Shown here piece after piece: positions 51,581-61,443 of a stretch of 64,000 bases of DNA. The position numbers and the translations under genes are program-made. The stretch is from Ruminococcus sp. GTDB lineage: Bacteria > Bacillota > Clostridia > Oscillospirales > Ruminococcaceae. The stretch is taken from positions 1,097 through 65,096 of the forward strand of contig JAFXXD010000024.1 of NCBI GenBank assembly GCA_017542475.1. The letters run 5' to 3'. The notes under the pieces are model-generated. The model was not told where the DNA came from and made no database searches. It worked only from the letters and a program-made list of their open reading frames with translations. Positions within the stretch are counted from its first letter, which is position 1; each line of letters begins with the position of its first letter.

Positions 51581-54466
51581 ATGAAGTCATTCATCAGAAG
51601 GGCGGTAAGTACCGCCGCAGCGGCAGCGTGCCTGCTGACGAGCTTCCGCTTCACGTTCATCACTGACGTGACAGAGGCGGACGCAGCAAGCGGCATGAGC
51701 GCCTTCGACATCACGCGTGAAATGAAGATAGGCTGGAATATAGGCAACAGCCTCGACGCAACAGGCGGCAACGGCAACTACGGTCTCAATACCGAGATAA
51801 GCTGGGGCAACCCCAAGACCACGCAGGCAATGATCGACACAGTAAAGAAAAAGGGCTTCAACACGGTAAGAATACCTACCACATGGTATCCTCACCTCGA
51901 CGGCAGCAACAACATCGACAGCGCGTGGATGTCACGCGTAAAGGAGGTCGTTGACTACTGCATCAAGAATGATATGTACGTTATCCTCAACGTCCACCAC
52001 GAGGAGTGGGTGAACGTCAGCCAGTTCAATGACAGCACCTACCAGAACGCCGAGACTAAGCTAACTGCGATATGGAAGCAGGTTGCGACGACGTTCAAGG
52101 ACTACGACCAGCACCTCGTTTTCGAGGGCATGAACGAGCCGCGCCAGACAAACAACCCGTCCGTGAGCGAGTGGGGCAACGGCAGCGGCGATAACGGTTA
52201 TACATGGAACTACATCAACAAGCTCAACGCCAAGTTCGTTGAGACGGTCCGCGGACAGGGCTCTGCCGCTAACAAGGAGCGCCTCCTCATGCTCCCCGGC
52301 TACTGCGCTTCGTCCGATATGGACGCCATCAAGGCTGTGACCTTCCCGTCGGGCGGCGGAAATATGGCTTATTCGGTACACGCCTATCTGCCGTACTACT
52401 TCACAATGGCGGATGACAGCTACGCAAATCACAACTATCCCGGCAAGAGCGGCTGGGGCGAGGACTATACGGGAGCTATCAACAGCTTCTTCAGCAACCT
52501 CAAGCAGCTTGAGGACCAGAAGAATATCCCCGTTGTTATCGGCGAATTCAGCGCCTCGAACTTCAACAACCTCAGCGCACGTCAGGCGTGGGCTAAGGAC
52601 TACATCACCGCAGCCAAGAAGGCTGGCATACCCTGCATACTATGGGACAACAACGTAGAGGGCGGCAACGGCGGCGAGTCGCACGGCTACCTCAACAGGT
52701 CGGCTAATTCGTGGTACTCGGCTTCCGAGCCCGTGCTCAACACGATGATGTCCGTTATCAACGACGACTCTATCCTCTGGGCTGGCAAGCAGGCTCCCAC
52801 AACTCAGGCTCCTGTGACAACTACCCAGCCTCAGCAGACAACTCCCGCAAATCCGACAGTTCAGCCCGACAGCAGCGGCGACTACTTCACCTGCTCGTTC
52901 GAGACAGGCTCCGACGGCTGGGAGACCCGCGGCGGTGCGACTATATCCACCGATTCCGCCAACTACTACGACGGCAGCAAGTCCATTCTCATCTCCGACA
53001 GAAGCAAGGAGTGGAACGGTGCAGCTATCAAGCTCGACCCTGATGCCTTCGTGCAGGGCGGCACCTACAGCTTCTCGCTGGGCGTGCTCCAGAAGTCGGG
53101 CAGCAGCGCTTCGATGCAGCTCTCGCTCCAGCAGAGCGACGGCAGCAATACGAGCTACAACAAGATAGCTACCTGCACAGCCGAGAGCGGCGTGTGGACA
53201 AAGCTCGAGAACGCAGAGTACACTATCCCCAATGACGGCAGCGACCTCGTGCTCTACATCGAGACGGTAGACGGCTCGGGCGACCTCTGCGACTTCTACA
53301 TCGACGCAGTACAGGTGTCCAAGTCAGGCAAGGCTTCACCCGTCGTTACGGGACAGGGCACAGTTTCCGCGGCGGCTACCACCCCGAGCTCGGGCTCAGG
53401 CAGCACCGCAGGCAAGAACGACCCCATAAAGATAATGCCCATCGGCGATTCGATAACCTTCGGCTACGGTCACACGGGCGGCTACAGAAAGTACCTCGAC
53501 TACTACCTCAAGGAGAAGGGCTTCTCCAAGGTGGATATGGTAGGTCCCGAGGGAAGCGGCAGCGCGAGCTTCAGCTTCAACGGGCAGAACGTACAGTACG
53601 ACGACAACCACGCAGGCTACAGCGGCTACACTATCGTGCAGAAGTACCCGATACCCAGCTGGGGCGAGAACGGTCTGCTCGAAAAGCTCAAGGCAAAGAA
53701 CGCTATCAAGAGCGCTCAGCCCGATATCGTGCTCCTTATGATAGGTACGAACGATATGACGGCTAACCGCGACCTGAGCGAGTGCGAGACTGACCTCCAC
53801 TCACTGCTCGACTACATCCTCGCGGATATGCCCTCCGACGGAATGGTATTCCTCGCGTCTATCCCCGAGTTCACGGCTTACGGCGGCAACGCTCAGAGAG
53901 TCGCAAACTACAACAACACCGTCAAGAAGGTAGCTTCCGATTACCAGAGCTCGGGCAAGAACGTGCAGTTCGCTGACGTTCACGGCTGCCTCGACGGTAT
54001 GAACGATATGGACTCCGATCAGCTCCACCCGACAGATAAGGGCTACGAGAAGATAGGCAAGTTCTGGGCGGGCATCGTGGAGGACTACGCAGCGGCTTCC
54101 GCTCCTCCCGAGACTACGACCACAACTATCACGACCACAACAACGACCACGACTACCACAATTACTACGTACTACGTATCACCTCCCGTAACATCGACGG
54201 AGGAGGAGACGACTACCACGACAACTACCGCCACCGAGCCCGACAAGTCGAATCTCGGCGACGCCAACTGCGACGGCAGGGTAACGATAGCGGACGCGGT
54301 TGCGATACTCCAGTCCATAGCAAATCAGGACAAGTACGCGCTCAGCGCACAGGCAAAGAAGAACGCCGACGTTGACGGCGAGGCGGGCGTTACCGCGAAT
54401 GACGCTCTGGTCATACAGAAGTACGACGCGGGCGTTATCGATATAACCGCATTCAGAACAGCATAA
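51581..54466 (+). CDS. Cellulosomal GH5 endoglucanase - CBM22-like - CE3/SGNH esterase - dockerin
   Basis: Signal peptide; GWNIGNSLD, VRIPTTW, NEP and GEF catalytic motifs; FETGSDGWE.RG module; GDSIT/GYSG/GTND/DQLHP; GDANCDGRVTIADAV...ADVDG dockerin. Confidence 0.92.
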   Translation: MKSFIRRAVSTAAAAACLLTSFRFTFITDVTEADAASGMSAFDITREMKIGWNIGNSLDATGGNGNYGLNTEISWGNPKTTQAMIDTVKKKGFNTVRIPTTWYPHLDGSNNIDSAWMSRVKEVVDYCIKNDMYVILNVHHEEWVNVSQFNDSTYQNAETKLTAIWKQVATTFKDYDQHLVFEGMNEPRQTNNPSVSEWGNGSGDNGYTWNYINKLNAKFVETVRGQGSAANKERLLMLPGYCASSDMDAIKAVTFPSGGGNMAYSVHAYLPYYFTMADDSYANHNYPGKSGWGEDYTGAINSFFSNLKQLEDQKNIPVVIGEFSASNFNNLSARQAWAKDYITAAKKAGIPCILWDNNVEGGNGGESHGYLNRSANSWYSASEPVLNTMMSVINDDSILWAGKQAPTTQAPVTTTQPQQTTPANPTVQPDSSGDYFTCSFETGSDGWETRGGATISTDSANYYDGSKSILISDRSKEWNGAAIKLDPDAFVQGGTYSFSLGVLQKSGSSASMQLSLQQSDGSNTSYNKIATCTAESGVWTKLENAEYTIPNDGSDLVLYIETVDGSGDLCDFYIDAVQVSKSGKASPVVTGQGTVSAAATTPSSGSGSTAGKNDPIKIMPIGDSITFGYGHTGGYRKYLDYYLKEKGFSKVDMVGPEGSGSASFSFNGQNVQYDDNHAGYSGYTIVQKYPIPSWGENGLLEKLKAKNAIKSAQPDIVLLMIGTNDMTANRDLSECETDLHSLLDYILADMPSDGMVFLASIPEFTAYGGNAQRVANYNNTVKKVASDYQSSGKNVQFADVHGCLDGMNDMDSDQLHPTDKGYEKIGKFWAGIVEDYAAASAPPETTTTTITTTTTTTTTTITTYYVSPPVTSTEEETTTTTTTATEPDKSNLGDANCDGRVTIADAVAILQSIANQDKYALSAQAKKNADVDGEAGVTANDALVIQKYDAGVIDITAFRTA

Positions 54467-54471
54467 CACCG

Positions 54472-54613
54472 CAAAACGGGACAGGTAAAACTGTCCCGTT
54501 TTTTGCGTACAGTTGTTTTTTGCGGGGCGATGTGGGCATCGCCCCCTACAAATCAATGAATAATATCGATATAACAAGAAACGGGACAGACCGAAGTCTG
54601 TCCCGTTTCTTTT
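54472..54613. terminator. Two convergent terminators flanking one REP
   Basis: aaacgggacag...ctgtcccgttt occurs at 54473-54504 and 54575-54613; a REP lies at 54522-54550. Confidence 0.8.
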
Positions 54614-54645
54614 CTATATGAGGAACTATTATGGAAGAAAACTGC

Positions 54646-57366
54646 TTATTTGTCAGTGCCGTCGAATACGTAGATGAACTTGACGCTTCCGTCCATATCG
54701 TCGGACTTGCCCGAGAATGTGCCGTATTCCTTAGCCGCGTCGCGTACAGCCCTGAACCGCTCGGTGATGTCGGGCAGAGCCTCGTCGATGACCTCGCTCA
54801 GCTTGCTGATGCCCTCCTTGTCGAACCTGTTCATACCGTCGCTGAGCTCCTTTGCACCCGATTTCAGCTGCCCGATACCGCTTGTGAGAGCGGGGACGCT
54901 GTCGTGGAGAGTGCCTATGCCTGTATAGAGAGCTCCCGCGCCGCTGTTGAGCTGGTCTGCACCGCTGCTGAGCTTGAGCATATTCTGATATATCGTATCA
55001 GCGCCGCTTCCGAGCTGACCGCTCGCCGTCACGAGCTGTCCGAGCCCGCTGTCGAGGGCATAAGAGCCCGCGTAAGCCTGACCGATACCCTCGTTGAGAG
55101 CTCCCGCGCCTGTGTAGAGCTGCGCTGTGCCGCCCTTTAAGTCGTATGCGCCCGCTGAGAGCTGCGCAAGTCCGCTGTTGAGGGAGGTATTGCCCGCAGA
55201 GAGCTGTGCAATGCCCGCGATGAGCTGTTCAAGTCCGCCCGTTAGACTGCCGCTGCCCGCAGAGAGCTGCGAGATGCCGCCGTCGAGCTGAGCCGCGCCG
55301 TCTGATACCGACTTAGCGCCTGCCGCAAGCTGTGCCGACGAGCCCGAGAGCTTGTCTGCGCCCGCCGCGAGAGCCTTGCCGCCCTCGTCGAGCTGCGCCA
55401 TACCCTGCCGGAGCTGTGCTGAGCCTGTCTCAGCTGTGCCGAGACCTGCGGAGAGCTTGTCAAGTCCGCCGCCTATCTCCTTTGCGCCCGCTGAGAGCTG
55501 TCCCGCGCCTGCGTTGAGCTCTCCCGCGCCTGCGGAGACTGCCGCCGCGCCCGCCGCGAGCTGTCCGCCGTCCTTCATCGAGGCGGCTATCTGCTTCTGA
55601 GAGTCTATGGTCTGCTGCAATGTGCCGACCGCGACCGCGAGCTCCTGCGAGGGCGAAGCCTGATACAGTGCCTGCAATGCCGCGAGAGCCTGTTCATTTG
55701 CAGCGATAGTGGTGTCAAGTCCTGTGCCTGCCGTGGTTATTCCTGCGGCGAGCTGGTCTGCGCCCTGTGTGAGCTGTGAAGCTCCAGCCGCGAGAGAATC
55801 CGCGCCTGCTGTGAGCTGCGAAGCTCCCGCGCTGAGAGTGTCAGCACCCGATTTAGCGGAGCTTATGCCCGCTGTGAGGGAATCCGCGCCCGTCTTAGCC
55901 GAGCTTATGCCCTCTGAGAGCTGTCCCGCGGAGCTGCTGAGAGTTGCCGCGCCCTCCGAGAGAGCGTCCGCGCCCGCTGTTACCTGAGCCGAGCCGTCCC
56001 TGAGCTTGGAGCTTCCGTCGCTCAGAGTGCCGATACCGCCGCCGAGCTGTGCCGCTCCCTCCGAGAGAGCCGCCGAACCCTTATTCACCTCTGCGAAACC
56101 TTTTACCAGCTCATCAGAGCCTGTTTTTGCCTCAGAGAGACCTTTTTCCAGTGCTTCGGCACCGTTATTCACCTTTTCAGCTCCGCTGACGAGTTCGCCC
56201 GAGCCGTCCTTCACCTGTCCGAGACCGCTCACGAGCTTGCCCGAGCCGTCCTTCGCGGAGCTCACGCCCTCGCCGAACTTAGCCGTCGAATCCGAGAGGG
56301 TCTTGGTACCGTCTGCGAGCTGCTTTGCACCGCTTGCGAGGTCGCCTGTACCCTTCTGAAGTGCCTGCGAACCGTCGTAGAGCTTGTCGATACCGCTCGT
56401 GAGGTCGCCTGACTTGTCGGAGAGCTCGCAGATACCGTCATAGAGCTTGGCTGTGCCGTCCGTGAGCTGTGCCGCACCGTCGCTGAGCTCACGGAGCTTC
56501 TCTTCGAGGTCACCCATATCGAAGCTGTCGTCGAGGTCGAGCTGCGAGAATATCTCGTTCGATACGACCGTAACGGAGGTGTTCATCTCGAAATCCCTGA
56601 CGTCCGCAGAGAGCTCGAAGCTCTCGGGTAGCTCGATATCCATAGCCTTTATCTCGTCGAGCGCAAGGCTCTCGGTGAGACCGGGGAATGCTGCTCCGAC
56701 CACGATGAGCCTGTTGCCGTCGGAGATGACCTTGCCGTTGGTGACCTCAACATTCAGGAACCTGCCCGTGTCGAGGACAGCAGCGCTCGCCGCCATAAAG
56801 GGTACGTATATCTCTGTCTTTTTGCCGTTTATTTCCTTGGTTACCTTCTGCTTGTTCTTATAGTCCCAGCGGATAGTGACGTGACCGCTTTTGCCTGCGA
56901 GGTCAGCGGGAGCTATCTCCCTGCCGTCGAGGTAGTAGGTGATGTTTACATCCACAGGCAGCTCCTTATTGGTAGTGCCCTTGTAGTAGATGTCGCTGCC
57001 GTTGGCTGTCCAGTCGAGGGACTCGCCGTTCTGCGCGAACTCCTCATTGCCCTTGACATTGACGATGTCCTCAAGGTCGGAGATGTCGCTGATACTGCTC
57101 AGCGCGGGAGCATTCTTCAGCCAGTCGCTGACAACGACATTCTTCACTGACGAGTCGGTGTTGCAGAGAACGTACACTGTCTCGTCCTTGTAAGCCGCGC
57201 TGTCGGAAGCCGCTCTTGCCGACTTATCCCCGCTCGTGCTCTTGGACTCAGCCGCGCTCGTCTCCTCGGACTTGCTTCCGCTCTTTGCATAAGCGATAGA
57301 GCCTGTAGCCGCCGCCGATACTGCCACTGCCAGTACCGCAGCTATTATCCTCTTGTAATTTCTCAT
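54646..57366 (-). CDS. Secreted or anchored protein with long X-X-X-Leu-X-X-Gly heptad repeats (YhgE/Pip-like, no C-terminal TMs)
   Basis: Signal peptide, KDETVYV, G.EIAP.DLAGKSG.V.I, about 500 aa of GA.QL..G repeats, C-terminal VKFIY; AGAAAGGA RBS. Confidence 0.85.
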   Translation of the reverse strand: MRNYKRIIAAVLAVAVSAAATGSIAYAKSGSKSEETSAAESKSTSGDKSARAASDSAAYKDETVYVLCNTDSSVKNVVVSDWLKNAPALSSISDISDLEDIVNVKGNEEFAQNGESLDWTANGSDIYYKGTTNKELPVDVNITYYLDGREIAPADLAGKSGHVTIRWDYKNKQKVTKEINGKKTEIYVPFMAASAAVLDTGRFLNVEVTNGKVISDGNRLIVVGAAFPGLTESLALDEIKAMDIELPESFELSADVRDFEMNTSVTVVSNEIFSQLDLDDSFDMGDLEEKLRELSDGAAQLTDGTAKLYDGICELSDKSGDLTSGIDKLYDGSQALQKGTGDLASGAKQLADGTKTLSDSTAKFGEGVSSAKDGSGKLVSGLGQVKDGSGELVSGAEKVNNGAEALEKGLSEAKTGSDELVKGFAEVNKGSAALSEGAAQLGGGIGTLSDGSSKLRDGSAQVTAGADALSEGAATLSSSAGQLSEGISSAKTGADSLTAGISSAKSGADTLSAGASQLTAGADSLAAGASQLTQGADQLAAGITTAGTGLDTTIAANEQALAALQALYQASPSQELAVAVGTLQQTIDSQKQIAASMKDGGQLAAGAAAVSAGAGELNAGAGQLSAGAKEIGGGLDKLSAGLGTAETGSAQLRQGMAQLDEGGKALAAGADKLSGSSAQLAAGAKSVSDGAAQLDGGISQLSAGSGSLTGGLEQLIAGIAQLSAGNTSLNSGLAQLSAGAYDLKGGTAQLYTGAGALNEGIGQAYAGSYALDSGLGQLVTASGQLGSGADTIYQNMLKLSSGADQLNSGAGALYTGIGTLHDSVPALTSGIGQLKSGAKELSDGMNRFDKEGISKLSEVIDEALPDITERFRAVRDAAKEYGTFSGKSDDMDGSVKFIYVFDGTDK

Positions 57367-57411
57367 ATAGGTCATCCTTTCTAAATGAACGATGTTATAT
57401 TCTCATTGTTA

Positions 57412-57526
57412 CCCGCCGAAAGCAGACTGTGTCTTTTGTACAGACTGAGCGAGCTTGCGAGCGGCAACGTAGTTAGGGGTCAGGGGAACTGTGTTCCCCT
57501 GCGGAGTCCAGAGGCAGCGCCTCTGG
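57412..57526 (+). repeat. Head-plus-hairpin element, copy 4 (2 modules)
   Basis: Same 63-nt head, then caggggaa-ctgtg-ttcccctg and ccagagg-cagcg-cctctgg; abuts the MMPL gene stop. Confidence 0.8.
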
Positions 57527-59638
57527 TTAGTGACTGAATACGTGCAGGTGCTTGCGCGAGGTGTGCCCGCTGTCCTTGGGCAGGAAGCCCGCGCTCGTCT
57601 TGCATATCACGCTGTCGAATACTATGAACATCGACGGCAGCACCGTTACTACGACCACCATCGAGATGAGAGCTCCGCGCGAGAGCAGTACGCACAGTGA
57701 GGATATCATTCCTATCTTCGAGTAGAGCGCCACTCCTACCGTAGCCGCGAAGAATCCGAGCGCCGAGGTGATGACCGAGCGTATCGAGGTCGCGAGCGCT
57801 ATTCCGACCGCTTCCTTCTTGTCCCTGCCGCCCGAACGCTCCGTGCGGTATCTCGTCGTCATAAGTATCGCGTAATCGACCGTCGCGCCGAGCTGTATCG
57901 TTCCGATAACGACCGAGGCTATGAACGGGAGCGAGGTGTTCGTGTAGTAGGAGATACCGAGGTTTATCATTATCGCGAGCTCTATCACCGCTACCAGTAT
58001 CACGGGGAGCGATACCGACTTGAAGGTGAAGGCAATGATGAGGAATATCGCCGCTATCGAGAGCACGCTGACCACCTTGAAGTCGCGGTTGGTGATGTCA
58101 ATGAGGTCCTTTGTCGCGGGAGCTTCGCCGATGAGCATACCGCTCGCGTCGTACTTCTGTACGATGTCGTTGAGCTGTGCCACCTGAGCGTTGACATCGT
58201 CGGAGGCTACCTCGTACTCGGAGCCTATCAGCATAAGCTGCTTGTTCTCGCTCTTGAGCTTGCTCCTTATCGAATCGGGTACGACCTCGTCGGGAATGGC
58301 GGGTCCTATCAGTGTATTGTAGCCGAGGGTGAACTGCACGCCGTCAACGCCGTCCATCTCATTGAGCATTGCCGTTGCTGTCTTGGCGTCCATATCGGAG
58401 TCAACGAGGAGGATATGCGTGCTGTTCATATGGTACTCTTCCTCGAGCTTCGTGTTCGCCGTTATGCTTGCGAGCTCCTTGGGGAGGGTGCTGTCGAGCT
58501 TGTAGTAAACATCATAGTGGAGATATCCGAACACCGCGGGTATCACCAGCACCACCGCAAGCGTGAGGAAGGCTCCCGAATGCTTGACGATGAATGACGA
58601 TGTCCTTGAAAAGCTCGGCATAAAGTCGCGGTGCGAGGTCTTTGCTATCGCCTTGTCGAATATGAGTATCATCGCGGGGAGCACCGTTATGCAGGCGATA
58701 ACGCCGCAGATAACGCCCTTTGCCATTACTATGCCGAGGTCAAGTCCGAGCGTGAAGCTCATAAAGCACATCGCGAGGAAGCCCGCGACCGTCGTGAACG
58801 AGCTGCTGACAACGGCTGTTACCGTGTTAGCTATCGCGTGAGCCATAGCCTCGACCTTGCTGTCGGGGAAGAGCTCCTGCTGCTCCTTGTAGCTGTGCCA
58901 CAGGAAGATGGAGTAGTCCATAGTCACGCCGAGCTGGAGCACCAGCGCCAGCGCCTGAGTGATGAAGGATATCTCGCCCATCGCGAAGTTTGTACCGAGG
59001 TTCCACGCTATTGCGATACCGATACTGAGCATAAAGAATATCGGTATGAGGAAGCTGTCCATAGTCAGCACGAGTACCGCGCTCGTGAGTATTACCGCGA
59101 TTATCGCGTAGATTACCGACTCGCTGTCGGAGAGGTGCTTCATATCGGCTGTAACAGCGCTCATACCGCTGATGAAGCACTGCTCGGAGGTTATCTCCCT
59201 CATCTCGTCGACAGCATTGAGCGTCCTGTCCGCGGAGGTAGACTCCTCGAAGAATACCGCCATTAATGTGGTGTCGCCCTTGTTGAAGAAGTCGCGCACC
59301 TTAGAGGGGAGTATCTCCTTCGGGACGTTTAAATCTGTGAGCGTCTCGTAGCAGACCACATTGGATACGCCGTCCACCTCCGATATCTTATCGGCGGTGT
59401 CGGCAATTTCCTTTTCGGTCATACCGTCCACCATCACGAACGAGAAGCCGCCCTGCCCGAACTCGTCTATCAGTATGTCCTGACCGACCATTGTGTTTAT
59501 GTCCTTTGGCAGGTATGAGAGTATGTCGTAGTTGACGCGTGTGTTGATATAGCCGAAAGCCGACGGTATCAGAAGCAGTATGCCTGCCGCCAGTATCAGC
59601 ACTCGGTGCTTTGCGATGAATTCACCGAACCTTAGCAT
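57527..59638 (-). CDS. MMPL/RND-family membrane transporter
   Basis: Two repeated TM bundles with LQLGVTMDYSIFL and IQLGATVDYAIL motifs. Confidence 0.92.
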   Translation of the reverse strand: MLRFGEFIAKHRVLILAAGILLLIPSAFGYINTRVNYDILSYLPKDINTMVGQDILIDEFGQGGFSFVMVDGMTEKEIADTADKISEVDGVSNVVCYETLTDLNVPKEILPSKVRDFFNKGDTTLMAVFFEESTSADRTLNAVDEMREITSEQCFISGMSAVTADMKHLSDSESVIYAIIAVILTSAVLVLTMDSFLIPIFFMLSIGIAIAWNLGTNFAMGEISFITQALALVLQLGVTMDYSIFLWHSYKEQQELFPDSKVEAMAHAIANTVTAVVSSSFTTVAGFLAMCFMSFTLGLDLGIVMAKGVICGVIACITVLPAMILIFDKAIAKTSHRDFMPSFSRTSSFIVKHSGAFLTLAVVLVIPAVFGYLHYDVYYKLDSTLPKELASITANTKLEEEYHMNSTHILLVDSDMDAKTATAMLNEMDGVDGVQFTLGYNTLIGPAIPDEVVPDSIRSKLKSENKQLMLIGSEYEVASDDVNAQVAQLNDIVQKYDASGMLIGEAPATKDLIDITNRDFKVVSVLSIAAIFLIIAFTFKSVSLPVILVAVIELAIMINLGISYYTNTSLPFIASVVIGTIQLGATVDYAILMTTRYRTERSGGRDKKEAVGIALATSIRSVITSALGFFAATVGVALYSKIGMISSLCVLLSRGALISMVVVVTVLPSMFIVFDSVICKTSAGFLPKDSGHTSRKHLHVFSH

Positions 59639-59697
59639 ATTATCGTCCCCCTAATACAGAATGTGCCGCAAGCGGCTGTGGATCGCTTTCTGTAGAT

Positions 59698-59851
59698 AGT
59701 ATATTCCAAAACTGACCGAAAGTCAATATCGAGGCGTGAGAAAATTGACTTGCGGTCATAATTTTGTAGACTTGCACAAATACAGCTCGTCTCCATTATG
59801 ACTAATGGTCAATTTTACAAGCTTGACACTGTGGGAAATATGCGATATAAT
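59698..59851. promoter_or_regulatory. Divergent promoters with three TGAC-N5-GTCA operator boxes
   Basis: Boxes at 59713-59725, 59746-59758 and 59799-59811; minus-strand TTGACT-17-TATACT (59698-59726); plus-strand TTGACA-17-TATAAT (59823-59851). Confidence 0.75.
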
Positions 59852-59894
59852 GAGTGTGACACATAAAATCGCGCTCGGTATGCGGGAGGTTAAA

Positions 59895-60506
59895 ATGGGA
59901 AAAGTTGATGTCAACAAACAACAGAAGGAATCTTCCCTGCTAAAGACAGCTTTTGAGTTCTTCACAACGAAGGGGTTCAGCAAGACCTCTATCTCCGACA
60001 TCGCAGGAAAAGCAGGCGTGGCAAAGGGGACGTTCTACCTCTACTTTAAAGATAAATACGATATACGCAACAGGCTCGTGGCGCATAAGTCGAGCCAGCT
60101 TTTTATGAATGCTATGAAGGAGCTCGGTCCCGAGCTGAAAAACGCCACCTTCGAGGAGAAGATGATACGCATAGTCGATAATATCATCAATCAGCTCAAC
60201 GACAACCAGTCTCTGCTGACGTTCATCTCCAAGAATCTCAGCTGGGGCGTGTTCAAGTCGGCGCTGACGTCGCCAGCCTCCGAGAACGATGTTGACTTCA
60301 ACCGCGTGTATGACCTTATGCTCGCGGAGGCTCCGTACAAGCTCCGTGACCCCGAGATAATGGTGTTTATGATAATCGAGCTCGTGTCCTCGACGTGCTA
60401 CTCGGCGATACTTTATAAAGACCCGTGCACGCTCGCGGAGCTAAAGCCTTATCTGTATGATACGATAAAGCTGATAATCGCCCAGCACAAGGTGGACGAA
60501 AAATAA
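59895..60506 (+). CDS. TetR/AcrR-family regulator
   Basis: AFEFFTTKGFSKTSISDIAGKAGVAKGTFYLYFKDK; GGAGG RBS. Confidence 0.95.
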   Translation: MGKVDVNKQQKESSLLKTAFEFFTTKGFSKTSISDIAGKAGVAKGTFYLYFKDKYDIRNRLVAHKSSQLFMNAMKELGPELKNATFEEKMIRIVDNIINQLNDNQSLLTFISKNLSWGVFKSALTSPASENDVDFNRVYDLMLAEAPYKLRDPEIMVFMIIELVSSTCYSAILYKDPCTLAELKPYLYDTIKLIIAQHKVDEK

Positions 60507-60553
60507 GTCGGTAAGCAGCTGTCAGGGAAGAGCCTTGGCAGCTGATTTTTTAT

Positions 60554-60569
60554 TGTTCCACGTGAAACA
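60554..60569. promoter_or_regulatory. parS centromere-like site
   Basis: TGTTCCACGTGAAACA, an exact match to the Firmicutes parS consensus TGTTNCACGTGAAACA, in intergenic DNA. Confidence 0.85.
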
Positions 60570-60686
60570 TACGTTCTTTTGCAAAAAAGAAAAGCGGGCG
60601 GCTTGTGCCGCCCATAAATAGATCTGTCAGAGAATAATGAGAACTCATTGGTAAAGTATATGCGCCCGCTTTTGAGAATATTACTC

Positions 60687-60869
60687 CTATCCCTTTTGGT
60701 CGCTTTTTTTGTCGAGTTTGAGGTCTTTCAGTGCATACTCACAGCACTGTATCACAAGCTGATTGAACGAAATGTCATTTTGTGCGGCAAGCTTCTCCAG
60801 ACGGTCAATTAACTCATCAGGCATTCGGATGGTCTTATTCGAGGCGGAGGGTTTCTTTATTTCAAACAT
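60687..60869 (-). CDS. Ribbon-helix-helix (Arc/CopG-like) small DNA-binding protein
   Basis: NKTIRMPDELIDRLEKLAAQNDISFNQLVIQCCEYAL; AGGAG RBS before MFEIKK. Confidence 0.8.
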   Translation of the reverse strand: MFEIKKPSASNKTIRMPDELIDRLEKLAAQNDISFNQLVIQCCEYALKDLKLDKKSDQKG

Positions 60870-61024
60870 TTTACTATTCACTCCTGTAATATCTGTATAA
60901 TTACATATTACATTATATTCTTTGTGAATAATACACTTAAATATGCAAGTAAATTTTACTTGCATATTGCATTAATATATGTTATAATATGGTTAAAGCA
61001 ATTACTGGAAGGAGGAGATGTGTT

Positions 61025-61443
61025 ATGAAGAATAGACTTATTTGCGCCGCATTCTCTGATTTTTTCTGATACTCGGAATAAGCGTTTATTTACTGTTCAA
61101 TCATAAGCCCTATTTCATTAACGCGCTCCTGTTCTTGGGAATCAATTTTCCCTTAATGTCTTCTGACAGCTTTTTGGGGCGTTTGACCGTCTGTTATGGC
61201 GCGGATATATCTTGGGCGGCTTCGTTCTGCTTCGCTATCCAAGCAATTTATTGTTTCAAAAGCAATAAAACATACCGTTTGCTGCTTTGTACCCTATTGG
61301 GGATAGGTTATGAAATCCTGCAAATGGTCAATGTTGTTGACGGAACTTTTGACCCCTTTGACATAGCGGCTTACACGACAGGAACAGTCTTTGCAATTAT
61401 TATTATAAATCTGATATGGAGGGAAAAAGATGAAAAACAATAA
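61025..61443 (+). pseudogene. Frameshifted multi-TM membrane protein gene
   Basis: Strong GGAGG RBS and ATG at 61025; this frame stops at 61067-61069; one extra T in the T6 run (61060-61065) joins it to the hydrophobic frame ending at 61443. Confidence 0.65.

Noticed and set aside
54110-54235. ACN-rich tandem-like repeats
   Set aside because: These encode an ordinary Thr-rich linker of a cellulosomal enzyme.
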